Assembly: GCA_020025775.1 (NCBI GenBank)
Contig: JAHHRN010000003.1
Coordinates: 27,848 to 59,847 of the forward strand
From: Acutalibacter sp.
Lineage (GTDB): Bacteria; Bacillota; Clostridia; Oscillospirales; Acutalibacteraceae
DNA length: 32,000 bases
Reading direction: 5' to 3'
Every line of letters starts with the position of its first letter. Positions within the stretch are counted from its first letter, which is position 1. Below, piece by piece: positions 17,156-25,450 of the stretch. The translations under genes and the position numbers were made by a program. The notes under the pieces are model-generated. The model did not search any database. It was not told where the DNA came from and saw nothing but the letters and a program-made list of their open reading frames with translations.

Positions 17156-18991
17156 TCATTCTGCATGAAAATGATTGTAAACATTGAGGGCATTTGTATC
17201 ACTAATACCCTTTACTTCTGCCAAATCCAAAATAGATGCTTCTTTAATGGCTTTGAGCGTTTTAAAATGCTGCAAAAGTGCCTTGGCTTTTTTATCACCG
17301 ATGCCTTCGATTTCGGTAAGTGTCATAGCTAAGGTTCTGTGCTTGTGCTTTTGATGGTGATAAGCAACCGAATACCGATGGACTTCATCTTGAATCGAAG
17401 AAATCAACGAAAAGACGCGACGTTTCGATTGGATTTCGATTTCGCCGCCGTTTTTAGCGATTGCCCGTGTTTTATGCTTGTTATCCTTTACCATACCAAA
17501 AAGCGGTATATTAAGGTTGAACTCTTTCAGAATCGGCTCTACGGCATGTACCTGACCGATACCTCCATCAAGTAAAATAAGGTCGGGCAGTCTACCAAAG
17601 CCGTCTTCAATATTACGAAGTTTCGCCTGCTCGTATTCAATAAATCGACGCGTCAAAACCTCATTCATCGAGCGATAATCGTCATTGCCTGTAAAACTTT
17701 TTATTGTAAATCTTCTGTAAGCCGGTTTATAGGGCTTTGCATCTTTAAAAACAATCATACCGGCTACGCTGTCTTGTCCGGCCGTATGTGAAATATCGTA
17801 GGATTCAATATAATTCGGTGTTTTTTCTAGGCCTAGTAAATCTCGGAGTTCTTCTAAAACGGCAACCGTTTTACCGGTTTTTCCGAGGCGTAGCGCCAGC
17901 TTTTCCTGCGCATTTTCACGGCACATTTTTACAACTTCGACCTGTTCGCCGCGTTGCGGTGTAAAGATAATCACCTTACTACCGCGTTTTTCGCTAAGCC
18001 AACGTTCCACGTTTTCTGCGCCTTCCACCTCTCCGTCTACGGTTACACGTTTAGGGATATTTTGGCGCATTGAGTAAAAAGAAGTGATAACATCCGAATA
18101 CATTTTCGAAAAATCATCGGTTTTATCGAAAAAGAAATGCTCACTGTCAAACAATCTGCCCTTGGCAAAACGAAGCACAGCAAGGCAAATCATGCCTTCT
18201 GTTTCTGCCATGGAAAAGACATCTTGTTCTTCAACAGATTTATAAATAACCTTTTGCTTTTCCTGCAAACGCTCAATCGCTTGAATACGGTCGCGGAGCT
18301 TTGCGGCTTGTTCAAATTCCAACTGCTCTGCAGCATTTTCCATATCCGAACGAAGCTGTTTCAGGATATCGGCGGTATCACCTTTTAAAAATCGAATGGC
18401 CTGCGCAACCGTTTCGGCGTATTCCTTCTGATTCACCTTACCGGTACAAACACCGCAGCACTGATGAATATAATAATGCAAACACGGTCTTTCCTTAGGT
18501 CTTGCATTGTCAAAATCTTTTCCGCATTGCGGCAACATAAAGATTTTATTTGCCGCATCTACGCTTTGCTTTACGGCATAAGAACTGGTATAGGGACCTA
18601 AATATTCTGCACCATCATCATTTCTCTGCAAGACGGATTGAATCGTCTTATAACGCTCACCGGCAATACGGATATAGCTATAACCCTTATCGTCTTTTAA
18701 AAGAATATTATATTTTGGCATATGCTGTTTGATTAAACTGCATTCCAAAACCAACGCTTCAAATTCGCTGTCTGTGACAATATAATCAAAATGATCTACA
18801 TTTTCGACCATTTTGCGAACCTTCAAAGGATGTCCGTTTTGAGAGCCGAAATATTGGCTGACACGATTTTTTAAAGCCTTTGCCTTGCCGATATAAATGA
18901 TTTCATCCTTGGCGTTCTTCATGATATAAACGCCGGGCAGGAGCGGCAAATGCATAGCTTTTTGCCGAAGGGCTTTTCGCTTTTCTTCCAT
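17156..18991 (-). CDS. uvrC: Excinuclease ABC subunit C
   Basis: 611 aa. GIY-YIG (PGVYIMKN..IIYIGKAKALKNRV), UVR-domain coiled coil (FEQAAKLRDRIQAIE), C-terminal HhH (IEGIGDKKAKALL). Confidence 0.93.
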   Translation of the reverse strand: MEEKRKALRQKAMHLPLLPGVYIMKNAKDEIIYIGKAKALKNRVSQYFGSQNGHPLKVRKMVENVDHFDYIVTDSEFEALVLECSLIKQHMPKYNILLKDDKGYSYIRIAGERYKTIQSVLQRNDDGAEYLGPYTSSYAVKQSVDAANKIFMLPQCGKDFDNARPKERPCLHYYIHQCCGVCTGKVNQKEYAETVAQAIRFLKGDTADILKQLRSDMENAAEQLEFEQAAKLRDRIQAIERLQEKQKVIYKSVEEQDVFSMAETEGMICLAVLRFAKGRLFDSEHFFFDKTDDFSKMYSDVITSFYSMRQNIPKRVTVDGEVEGAENVERWLSEKRGSKVIIFTPQRGEQVEVVKMCRENAQEKLALRLGKTGKTVAVLEELRDLLGLEKTPNYIESYDISHTAGQDSVAGMIVFKDAKPYKPAYRRFTIKSFTGNDDYRSMNEVLTRRFIEYEQAKLRNIEDGFGRLPDLILLDGGIGQVHAVEPILKEFNLNIPLFGMVKDNKHKTRAIAKNGGEIEIQSKRRVFSLISSIQDEVHRYSVAYHHQKHKHRTLAMTLTEIEGIGDKKAKALLQHFKTLKAIKEASILDLAEVKGISDTNALNVYNHFHAE

Positions 18992-19021
18992 TCGATTTCA
19001 CCGCCTTTCAAAAAAGACTGT

Positions 19022-19061
19022 AAATATAAAATCAGACACACCGAAAAAACGGTATGTCTGA
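19022..19061 (-). terminator. Rho-independent terminator after ptsH
   Basis: TCAGACATACCG-TTTTTT-CGGTGTGTCTGA (11 of 12 bp) followed by TTTTATATTT. Confidence 0.75.
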
Positions 19062-19080
19062 CGAAAAAGCTATTTTCTTT

Positions 19081-19344
19081 TTATTCAGCGAAGCCGGACT
19101 CAACTAACTTTACGAGACCGTCAACAGCTTGCTCTTCATCGGGACCGCCGGCAATAATGCGAATTTTTGTATCGCCCATAATGCCGAGAGAAAGAACGCC
19201 GAGAAGACTTTTTGCATTAACTCTTCTTTCGTCTTTTTCTACCCAAACAGAGGATTTATACTCGTTAGCCTTCTGGATGAAAAATGTTGCCGGACGAGCA
19301 TGTAAGCCAACCTGATTCTGAACAATAACTTCTTTAGTGCACAT
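19081..19344 (-). CDS. ptsH: Phosphocarrier protein HPr
   Basis: GLHARPA (His15 site) and NAKSLLGVLSLG (Ser46 site). The true start MCTKEVIV.. at 19344 follows GGGGAG; the track's 23-codon upstream extension runs through the promoter. Confidence 0.9.
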   Translation of the reverse strand: MCTKEVIVQNQVGLHARPATFFIQKANEYKSSVWVEKDERRVNAKSLLGVLSLGIMGDTKIRIIAGGPDEEQAVDGLVKLVESGFAE

Positions 19345-19401
19345 ATCTGATTCTCCCCATATAGCAAATTTAGTAAGAGTTTTTTGGGTTTCTACTATCA
19401 T

Positions 19402-19429
19402 ATTATACCACAATTCTTGTCCTCGTCAA
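19402..19429 (-). promoter_or_regulatory. Sigma-A promoter for ptsH
   Basis: TTGACG, 16-nt spacer, TGgTATAAT (extended -10), about 55 nt upstream of the ptsH ATG. Confidence 0.65.
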
Positions 19430-19499
19430 CGGCAAAACACGATATATGGGGGATTTTGCAAGATTTCGGAAGGACTTCCAAACTCGTTCCCAAAGCAAA

Positions 19500-19535
19500 A
19501 TATCTTTTTTGTGCACTATCACAACAAAAAGATAT
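19500..19535 (-). terminator. AU-rich hairpin plus U-tract after the deacetylase gene
   Basis: ATATCTTTTTGTTGTG..CACAAAAAAGATAT imperfect stem followed by TTTGCTTT. Confidence 0.45.
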
Positions 19536-19575
19536 GGACTCTATTGAATATAAACAAAAAGGTTGTTTTAGTGGT

Positions 19576-20583
19576 TTAATTCGCCACTCTTTGGTGCGCT
19601 GGAGGCACGTCTTTGTTCAAGGTAGCAAAGGAATAACCGAGAGATTTATAATATGCAATTACCTCCGGAAGTGCGGCTACAGTGTTCTTTTTGTCTCCAG
19701 CATCATGCATTAAAACAATGACGCTGTCGCTTTTCGGCAAGCGTTTGCAATTCTCTACAATTTGCGCCGGAGAGGGAGACGGATAAGAAGCGTCACCCGA
19801 AGAAATGTTCCAGTCAAAATAAGTGTAACCCATTTCCCCTACTTTTTTCGTTAATCTAGTCATAATCTTTTCTTTTTGATTATATTTTCGGCTAATCGTA
19901 TTACTACCGCCACCAGGGAAACGCATTAGCTTCGTGCGAATACCTGTTTCATTATAAACAAGATCGGAGATTTGCTGTAAGTCACTAAAAAAGGCTTCAT
20001 CTGTCGTGTAAATCGTTTTATAGTCATGCGTATAGCTGTGCAATGCAATGGCATGTCCTTCTGCGACAACATCTTTCATATAATGATTGTGTTTTTTACC
20101 ATTCACGAAAAAAAAAGTCGCTTTAACCCCATTGTCTCTCAAAATTTTTAAGACTTCCGGGGTTCTCTGCGACGGGCCATCATCAAAGGTTAAATAAATT
20201 GTTTTATGAGAAGAAGAAGGCGGTGCCACAGGCGGAGCAACGCTCGGCGTTTTACTGGGGAGCGTTGCTTGCTGTTTCTTAATTGCAATTTGTTTTTTCA
20301 AATCCGAAATGATTTTTTCATATTCCGATTTCTGCTTTTCGTTCAAAGCATCTTTTTCGGAAAGTGCATTTTCATAGCTTTCTTTCTCTTCGGCTTCCTG
20401 TGCTTTAAGGGCATCCTGTTCACTTAATGCACTTTCATATTTCTTATCTTGTGCTTGACTTTCTTTCGCCATATTTTTATTTTTTACAGCAAATACAGAC
20501 AAAGTAATAGCCAAAGCAACAACCAAAACGGAAAGAACTACAACAGAAATTTTAACGGCCAGTTCTTTTTTCTCCGACTTCAA
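19576..20583 (-). CDS. NodB-type polysaccharide/peptidoglycan deacetylase with N-terminal TM helix and coiled-coil linker
   Basis: 335 aa. LTFDDGP, HSYTHDY and LMHD motifs. TTG start follows AAGAAGG. Confidence 0.85.
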   Translation of the reverse strand: MKSEKKELAVKISVVVLSVLVVALAITLSVFAVKNKNMAKESQAQDKKYESALSEQDALKAQEAEEKESYENALSEKDALNEKQKSEYEKIISDLKKQIAIKKQQATLPSKTPSVAPPVAPPSSSHKTIYLTFDDGPSQRTPEVLKILRDNGVKATFFFVNGKKHNHYMKDVVAEGHAIALHSYTHDYKTIYTTDEAFFSDLQQISDLVYNETGIRTKLMRFPGGGSNTISRKYNQKEKIMTRLTKKVGEMGYTYFDWNISSGDASYPSPSPAQIVENCKRLPKSDSVIVLMHDAGDKKNTVAALPEVIAYYKSLGYSFATLNKDVPPAHQRVAN

Positions 20584-20699
20584 AACAAACGCCTTCTTTC
20601 ATGTTCAATACTATACATTTATTATATAGTATTTATAGAAAAAAACAAGTTACAAATGGTAAAAAAATATAAAACCCCCGTATATATTACAGAAGCTTG

Positions 20700-20742
20700 A
20701 ATAAAAAAAAGAAAAAAGCAGACAGCTGAAATGCCGTCTGCT
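20700..20742 (-). terminator. Rho-independent terminator after rplS (bidirectional shape)
   Basis: AGCAGACGGC-ATTTCA-GCTGTCTGCT followed by TTTTTTCTTTTTTTT. Confidence 0.85.
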
Positions 20743-20778
20743 TTTTGTTTGGTTAAATAGAAAAGTGTAAGACTAAAG

Positions 20779-21120
20779 TTAGATCTGTTCCTTAACCTTA
20801 GCTGCCTTACCAACTCTGTCGCGTAAGTAATAGAGCTTGCTTCTACGAACCTTACCGGCACGAACGAGCTCAACCTTTGCAACGTTGGGAGAATTTACCG
20901 GGAAAACTCTCTCGATACCTACACCGTAGGAAAGACGACGAACGGTGAATGTTTCGGAAACGCCGCTACCCTTTCTAGCAATGATAGTACCTTCGAAAAC
21001 CTGAATTCTTTCTCTTTCGCCTTCACGAATCTTAACGTGAACCTTAACTACGTCGCCGACCTTGATGTGGGGGCGATCTTCTTTAACCATGCCTGCTGTG
21101 ATTGTTTTCAATGCGTCCAT
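20779..21120 (-). CDS. rplS: 50S ribosomal protein L19
   Basis: [44 protein letters not shown].. The ATG at 21120 follows AGGAGG. The track's upstream extension to 21246 covers the leader and promoter. Confidence 0.95.
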   Translation of the reverse strand: MDALKTITAGMVKEDRPHIKVGDVVKVHVKIREGERERIQVFEGTIIARKGSGVSETFTVRRLSYGVGIERVFPVNSPNVAKVELVRAGKVRRSKLYYLRDRVGKAAKVKEQI

Positions 21121-21230
21121 AATGAACCTCCTAATTTTTTTCAGACGTTCATGCACTACATTGTACAGAGGACCGTCAGCTTTAATGTTGCCATTAACTG
21201 CCGTTGGTAAGGAACCAACGCATAAATCGC
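21121..21230 (-). promoter_or_regulatory. Structured 5' leader of rplS (possible L19 autoregulatory leader)
   Basis: About 110-nt leader between the promoter and AGGAGG. Hairpins CGTTGGT-TCCTT-ACCAACG and TTAATG-GCAA-CATTAA (GNRA loop). A CCTC tract could pair with the SD. Confidence 0.35.
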
Positions 21231-21236
21231 TTTGAT

Positions 21237-21265
21237 ATAATACCACAAAGTCAATAAAAAGGCAA
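21237..21265 (-). promoter_or_regulatory. Sigma-A promoter for rplS
   Basis: TTGCCT, 17-nt spacer, TGgTATTAT (extended -10). Confidence 0.6.
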
Positions 21266-21287
21266 GTCTTTTTTTATTTTTTTAAGG

Positions 21288-21319
21288 AAAGCAAAAACAG
21301 CGGCAAAAAAGTGCCGCTG
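21288..21319 (-). terminator. Rho-independent terminator after the GH2 gene
   Basis: CAGCGGCA-CTTTTT-TGCCGCTG followed by TTTTTGCTTTCC. Also has a T-run on the plus strand. Confidence 0.8.
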
Positions 21320-21328
21320 TTTTTTTGT

Positions 21329-23866
21329 TTATTTTGCAATAGCCTGTAATTTTGCCTGGGTTTGTTCTTTGGTTTCCGGCGGCAAAACCTCTGCCCCTGC
21401 ATTTAAAATCTGATTGAGAGTAAAGCCTAAGAAGAGCGGCAGGAATTGTTCCACGTTGTCAATACCGAAAGCGGTAGATGCAAGACCCATAAGCTCTGTA
21501 ATAATTTCTTTACCCTGCGGCGTCTTTTGGATGTCTTCTATCTTATCGTAAATAGAATATGCATTCGCATCGGTCGGCAGTTTTTCTTCTGGAATTTCTT
21601 CAGCAGCAGAAACCTTCGGATTGCGTACCTGCTGTAAGAAAGCATTCACAACGGGCATAACGCCTTTTGGTAAACTGCTGCCTGCCATGGACACAACCTT
21701 TTCAATGGTAAAGTTCTTTGCCATGGCAATCATCCCCTTACCTACTGTGATGTGCATCTGTTCAGAAACGAACTGAATCGCACCCTCCAAAAGCTTTTCG
21801 CCCTCCGGTGTTTTCACAATATCACCGATTTTGTCGGAAACGGTAAAGTACCCTGCACGTTTTGTCATCTTCAGACCACCTTTTTCTCCGTTATCATCGA
21901 ACCAGTTTTTCGCATTATCTCCGCTGCAAGCATCCTGTAATACGTAATCCGGGTTCTCTTTGTCTGTAAGATTTAACGTCATTTCGTCATGATAGAGAAT
22001 CGCATTGGCTTCAATTAGATTTTCGCCCTTTTGAAGCGGTACATCCTCAAACACAAACACTTTTTCTGCTTCTAAGGTCTTAAACTCCTTGCCGTTTACA
22101 GAAAGTGTAACACTCGGACAATTAGAATAAACCTTAATTTGCACGTGATCCTTCGTTCGGTCTTTATAGCGTTTCGAGCAAAGATGCACAAACGGCTCTG
22201 TGGTCCAATACGCTTTATAAATATAGAAACTGTCTTTCTTCGTTTTACGGTCGTAGGTCACAAGGCCCTTATTATTTCTGCCCTTCATGCCACCTTCATC
22301 GCGCATATCCGAAGCAAAATCAAACATATTCCACACGTGTGTGCTCCAAAGGAACGGTCTGTCTTTAAAGGTTTCGAGCATCTTTTCATGGTAATAGGCT
22401 TGATATTCTTCCGAATAATCCTGCACATTGGGATGATCGTTGTGATATTTTAAAATGCCCTCGCAACCGTATTCCGAAATACCGAGACAAATATCCGGAC
22501 GCATTTTATGGAAATCATCAATCCAAACCGCATTATCTTCTACATCGCCTACATACCAGCCGAAATAATGGTTGTAGGAGACAATATCGGTAATTTCATT
22601 GAGGGGACTTTCCATATCCACAATAGAAAGCTGTGCCATAGTGGTCAGTCTGGTTTTATCGAGTTCGTGGCAAAGATTGTTTAGTGCCACCAAGTTAGAT
22701 GATAAATCCGGATCCTCACCGCCGATGGTAATCTCGTTGGCAATGCCCCAGCAAATAATAGAGGGATGATTATAATTTTGAAGTACAAGCTCTTTCATTT
22801 GAGAAAGCGTATTTTCTCTTGCCTCAGCGGTTTTCATAAAGCTGGAGATGAACGGAATTTCCGCCCAAACAATCATACCGTATTCATCGCAAAGATCATA
22901 GAAATACTGGCTGTGCTGATAGTGCGCCAAGCGGATGGTATTCGCACCGATTTCTGCAATCAGCTTCATATCCTGTCTGTGTTCTTTTTCGGTAATCGCC
23001 CAGCCCATATCTAATCTGTCCTGATGTCTGGAAACACCATGGAGCGGATAAGGCTTGCCGTTTAAGAAGAAGCCTTTTTCGGGGTCAACAGAGAAGGTAC
23101 GAACGCCAAAATTCTGTTCCACCTTGTCGATAGTTTTGCCGTCTTCGATAAGTTCCGCACAAACTGTATAAAGATAAGGATCTTCCCTACCGTTCCAAAG
23201 GTGCGGATTTTGGAGTGTAATGCAAGCCTCCGGCTTTTCCGCCGAAGCTTCCGCCACTTGATTATCTATATGAAAACGAACAAGCTGATTATGCTTCGGA
23301 TTGGTTACATAGGCATTCAAAGCAATTTCTGCAGTGCCGTCTTCCAAAACTTTAGGCGTAACAGCAACACCGGGTGTACCGTAATAATCCAAATCGAAAT
23401 GGGATGCGGCAACGGTAATTAAATTCACACCGCGATAAAGGCCGCCAAAGAAGGTGAAATCTGCATTCTGCGGATAAACCTCCTGATTTTTAGAATTATC
23501 CACCAGAACCACAAGCTTAACTCTGCCGAAATGAATATAGTCTGTAATCTCCACACGGAATGTAGAAAATCCGCCTTTATGCTTATAGATTTCTTTTCCG
23601 TTCGCATAAACCGTGCAAATGGAGTTTGCACCTAAAAATTCCAAGAACGCGCGCTCGTGGGAATTTAAAGAAAGATGCAACGTTTTGAAATACCAACAAG
23701 CCGCGCGATAATAATCCATACCGCCGTCCTGACCGTCCAGATTATTCCAAGTATGCGGTAAATTTACCTTTTCAAAAGTTCTGTCCGCTCTTCTGGGCGG
23801 CTTGAGGCTTTGCTTTTCATTTTTGCAAAAGTACCATTCCGAATTGATTGCTTGGGTTTTACGCAT
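21329..23866 (-). CDS. Glycoside hydrolase family 2 enzyme (beta-galactosidase/beta-glucuronidase-like) with a C-terminal duplicated extension
   Basis: Acid/base WGIANEI, nucleophile LGISEYGCEG, GRNNKGLVTYDRKTKKDSFY. The start is ambiguous between ATG 23866 (MRKTQAINSEWYF, 8-nt overlap with the transporter) and ATG 23878. Confidence 0.85.
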   Translation of the reverse strand: MRKTQAINSEWYFCKNEKQSLKPPRRADRTFEKVNLPHTWNNLDGQDGGMDYYRAACWYFKTLHLSLNSHERAFLEFLGANSICTVYANGKEIYKHKGGFSTFRVEITDYIHFGRVKLVVLVDNSKNQEVYPQNADFTFFGGLYRGVNLITVAASHFDLDYYGTPGVAVTPKVLEDGTAEIALNAYVTNPKHNQLVRFHIDNQVAEASAEKPEACITLQNPHLWNGREDPYLYTVCAELIEDGKTIDKVEQNFGVRTFSVDPEKGFFLNGKPYPLHGVSRHQDRLDMGWAITEKEHRQDMKLIAEIGANTIRLAHYQHSQYFYDLCDEYGMIVWAEIPFISSFMKTAEARENTLSQMKELVLQNYNHPSIICWGIANEITIGGEDPDLSSNLVALNNLCHELDKTRLTTMAQLSIVDMESPLNEITDIVSYNHYFGWYVGDVEDNAVWIDDFHKMRPDICLGISEYGCEGILKYHNDHPNVQDYSEEYQAYYHEKMLETFKDRPFLWSTHVWNMFDFASDMRDEGGMKGRNNKGLVTYDRKTKKDSFYIYKAYWTTEPFVHLCSKRYKDRTKDHVQIKVYSNCPSVTLSVNGKEFKTLEAEKVFVFEDVPLQKGENLIEANAILYHDEMTLNLTDKENPDYVLQDACSGDNAKNWFDDNGEKGGLKMTKRAGYFTVSDKIGDIVKTPEGEKLLEGAIQFVSEQMHITVGKGMIAMAKNFTIEKVVSMAGSSLPKGVMPVVNAFLQQVRNPKVSAAEEIPEEKLPTDANAYSIYDKIEDIQKTPQGKEIITELMGLASTAFGIDNVEQFLPLFLGFTLNQILNAGAEVLPPETKEQTQAKLQAIAK

Positions 23867-25202
23867 TCCTTTGCACATCCTTTTCGTTAATATTATACAT
23901 AAAGAGTAGTGAAACAAAACAGATTACACTACCGATTAAAGGCAGAAGACTTACTGCAACATAGATGTTGTCGGCAACTCCGGGCAACTGGTTGGAGCCA
24001 TTTTCCTGCACATAGCCTGCGGCACCGAGTGCCAAGGCAATGACTGCACCGCCGATACCTTGGGAGAGTTTTCTAAAGAAGGAATAGGTCGCATAGATAG
24101 AACCTTCCTCTCGCCTGCCGGTTCTCTCCTCCTGATAATCAATACAGTCGGCAACCATTGCCCAAATCAAAACTGTAAAGAAACCTGTTGCAAACATGCC
24201 GAGTGCAAAAATGCAAAGCCAGACAATCGGGTTCTTAATTTTCACAACCGTTAAAATTCCGGAAGAAAGAATAGAAACAAGGAAAGGATAAGCAGTAATT
24301 TGCTTTTTACTGTATCGTTTCGCAAGTGGTTTCACCATCAGCAAGGCAACCACCATCGGTAAACCTGCCAAAACAGAACCGACAGCGATAAGCTTTGTGT
24401 TTTTAAAATAATACATAAACACATACGGCAAAAAGGTAAACACCGTCATAATAAGTGCCGTGTAAGAAATCGTAGCAATGGTCAGTGCCATCATGGGTCG
24501 ATTGTGAAAGAATGAGGTCAGTGTTTTAAAATAGCCGGATTTTTCTTTCGGATTCTCCTGTGGCTTTACACGTTCTGTTACCAAATTGCAAAGGAGGATA
24601 AAAGAAATAAAACCGATTACGCCCATCACAGCTACAATATAAATAAAGAGGTTGCCTTTTGGCTGATCGTTTTCATCATAGATTAAAAGAGGTAAAATCA
24701 CCATAACCGGCGCTTGTGCAAGCATAGCACCGATGCTTCTGAAATTGGAAAGCTCCACACGCTCCAAACGATCGGTTGTAATGACGGACTGTAAAGAGCC
24801 GTAAGGCACATTTACACTGGTATAAGCTACGCTCCAAATCATATAGGTTACGAGGCAAAGGGTTACCTTCGCAGCATAAGAGGCATTCGGAATGTAAATG
24901 AACATTAAAATACTAGAAATCAAAAGTGGAATGCTTGCCCAACGAATCCATGGTTTAAATTTACTTCCCCCATGTGGCTTCGATGCATCGCAAAAACCGC
25001 CGATCAACGGATCGTTAATCGCATCCCAAATTTTTGCGACCATAATAATAATCGCATAATGTTCGGGCAGAATACCCAGACAAGTGACATAGAAAAGCAT
25101 CATATAGCTATTGATAAAGGCAAAGCTCATATTGCAGCCAAAATCACCGAGCATATACCCAAGCTTATCACGCACACCGAAAGGTCTGACGGAATTTTCC
25201 AT
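23859..25202 (-). CDS. GPH-family (glycoside-pentoside-hexuronide:cation) symporter, MFS fold
   Basis: About 12 TM segments. N-terminal RDKLGYMLGDFG and DAINDPLIGG motifs typical of MelB/YicJ/UidB-type carriers. The ATG at 25202 (MENSVRPF) follows GAGGG; the track start at 25259 has no SD. Confidence 0.85.
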   Translation of the reverse strand: MENSVRPFGVRDKLGYMLGDFGCNMSFAFINSYMMLFYVTCLGILPEHYAIIIMVAKIWDAINDPLIGGFCDASKPHGGSKFKPWIRWASIPLLISSILMFIYIPNASYAAKVTLCLVTYMIWSVAYTSVNVPYGSLQSVITTDRLERVELSNFRSIGAMLAQAPVMVILPLLIYDENDQPKGNLFIYIVAVMGVIGFISFILLCNLVTERVKPQENPKEKSGYFKTLTSFFHNRPMMALTIATISYTALIMTVFTFLPYVFMYYFKNTKLIAVGSVLAGLPMVVALLMVKPLAKRYSKKQITAYPFLVSILSSGILTVVKIKNPIVWLCIFALGMFATGFFTVLIWAMVADCIDYQEERTGRREEGSIYATYSFFRKLSQGIGGAVIALALGAAGYVQENGSNQLPGVADNIYVAVSLLPLIGSVICFVSLLFMYNINEKDVQRNA

Positions 25203-25293
25203 GCAATCCCTCTTTTCATTAAATTCTCTCGTTATTCTTTCCCAAAAATTCGGTTTCATAACGCACAGAAAAATTTAACAAACAAAAGAAGAC

Positions 25294-25307
25294 TGCACAA
25301 ATGTGCA
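25294..25307. promoter_or_regulatory. Palindromic candidate operator upstream of the transporter-GH2 operon
   Basis: TGCACA-AA-TGTGCA perfect 6+6 inverted repeat, about 90 nt upstream of the ATG at 25202 and about 20 nt downstream of a TATAAT box. Confidence 0.35.
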
Positions 25308-25385
25308 CTGGTTAAACTATAACAAATTATAACGAAAAAATCTATGCTTTTTATTAAATTTTATTTATTTTGTTCAATAAAGATA

Positions 25386-25428
25386 CAAAAAAAGTTCGCA
25401 AACAGAAATAGCTTCCGCTTTGCGAACT
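25386..25428 (-). terminator. Rho-independent terminator after nanE
   Basis: AGTTCGCAAA..16-nt loop..TTTGCGAACT (10 bp) followed by TTTTTTTG. Confidence 0.8.
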
Positions 25429-25450
25429 TTTTATGCAAATATTTTTAGGT

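Noticed and set aside
20584-20700. AT-rich palindromic stretch (ACTATA..TATAGT) and a 23-codon plus-strand ORF upstream of the deacetylase gene
   Set aside because: The stretch fits a weak TTGTTT-16-TATAAT promoter region for the deacetylase. The small ORF has no SD. The palindrome is short, AT-only, and expected by chance in such sequence.
20622-20882. 86-aa minus-strand ORF overlapping the rplS 3' end and terminator
   Set aside because: Out of frame with rplS and spans the terminator hairpin and intergenic AT-rich DNA; not credible as coding.
21121-21246. Upstream extensions of track ORFs: rplS to 21246, ptsH to 19413, cwlD to 29327, GH2 to 23917, transporter to 25259, DUF1292 from 30481
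   Set aside because: Internal ATGs with proper SD spacing coincide with the conserved N-termini of these families. The extensions run through promoters or leaders or have no SD.
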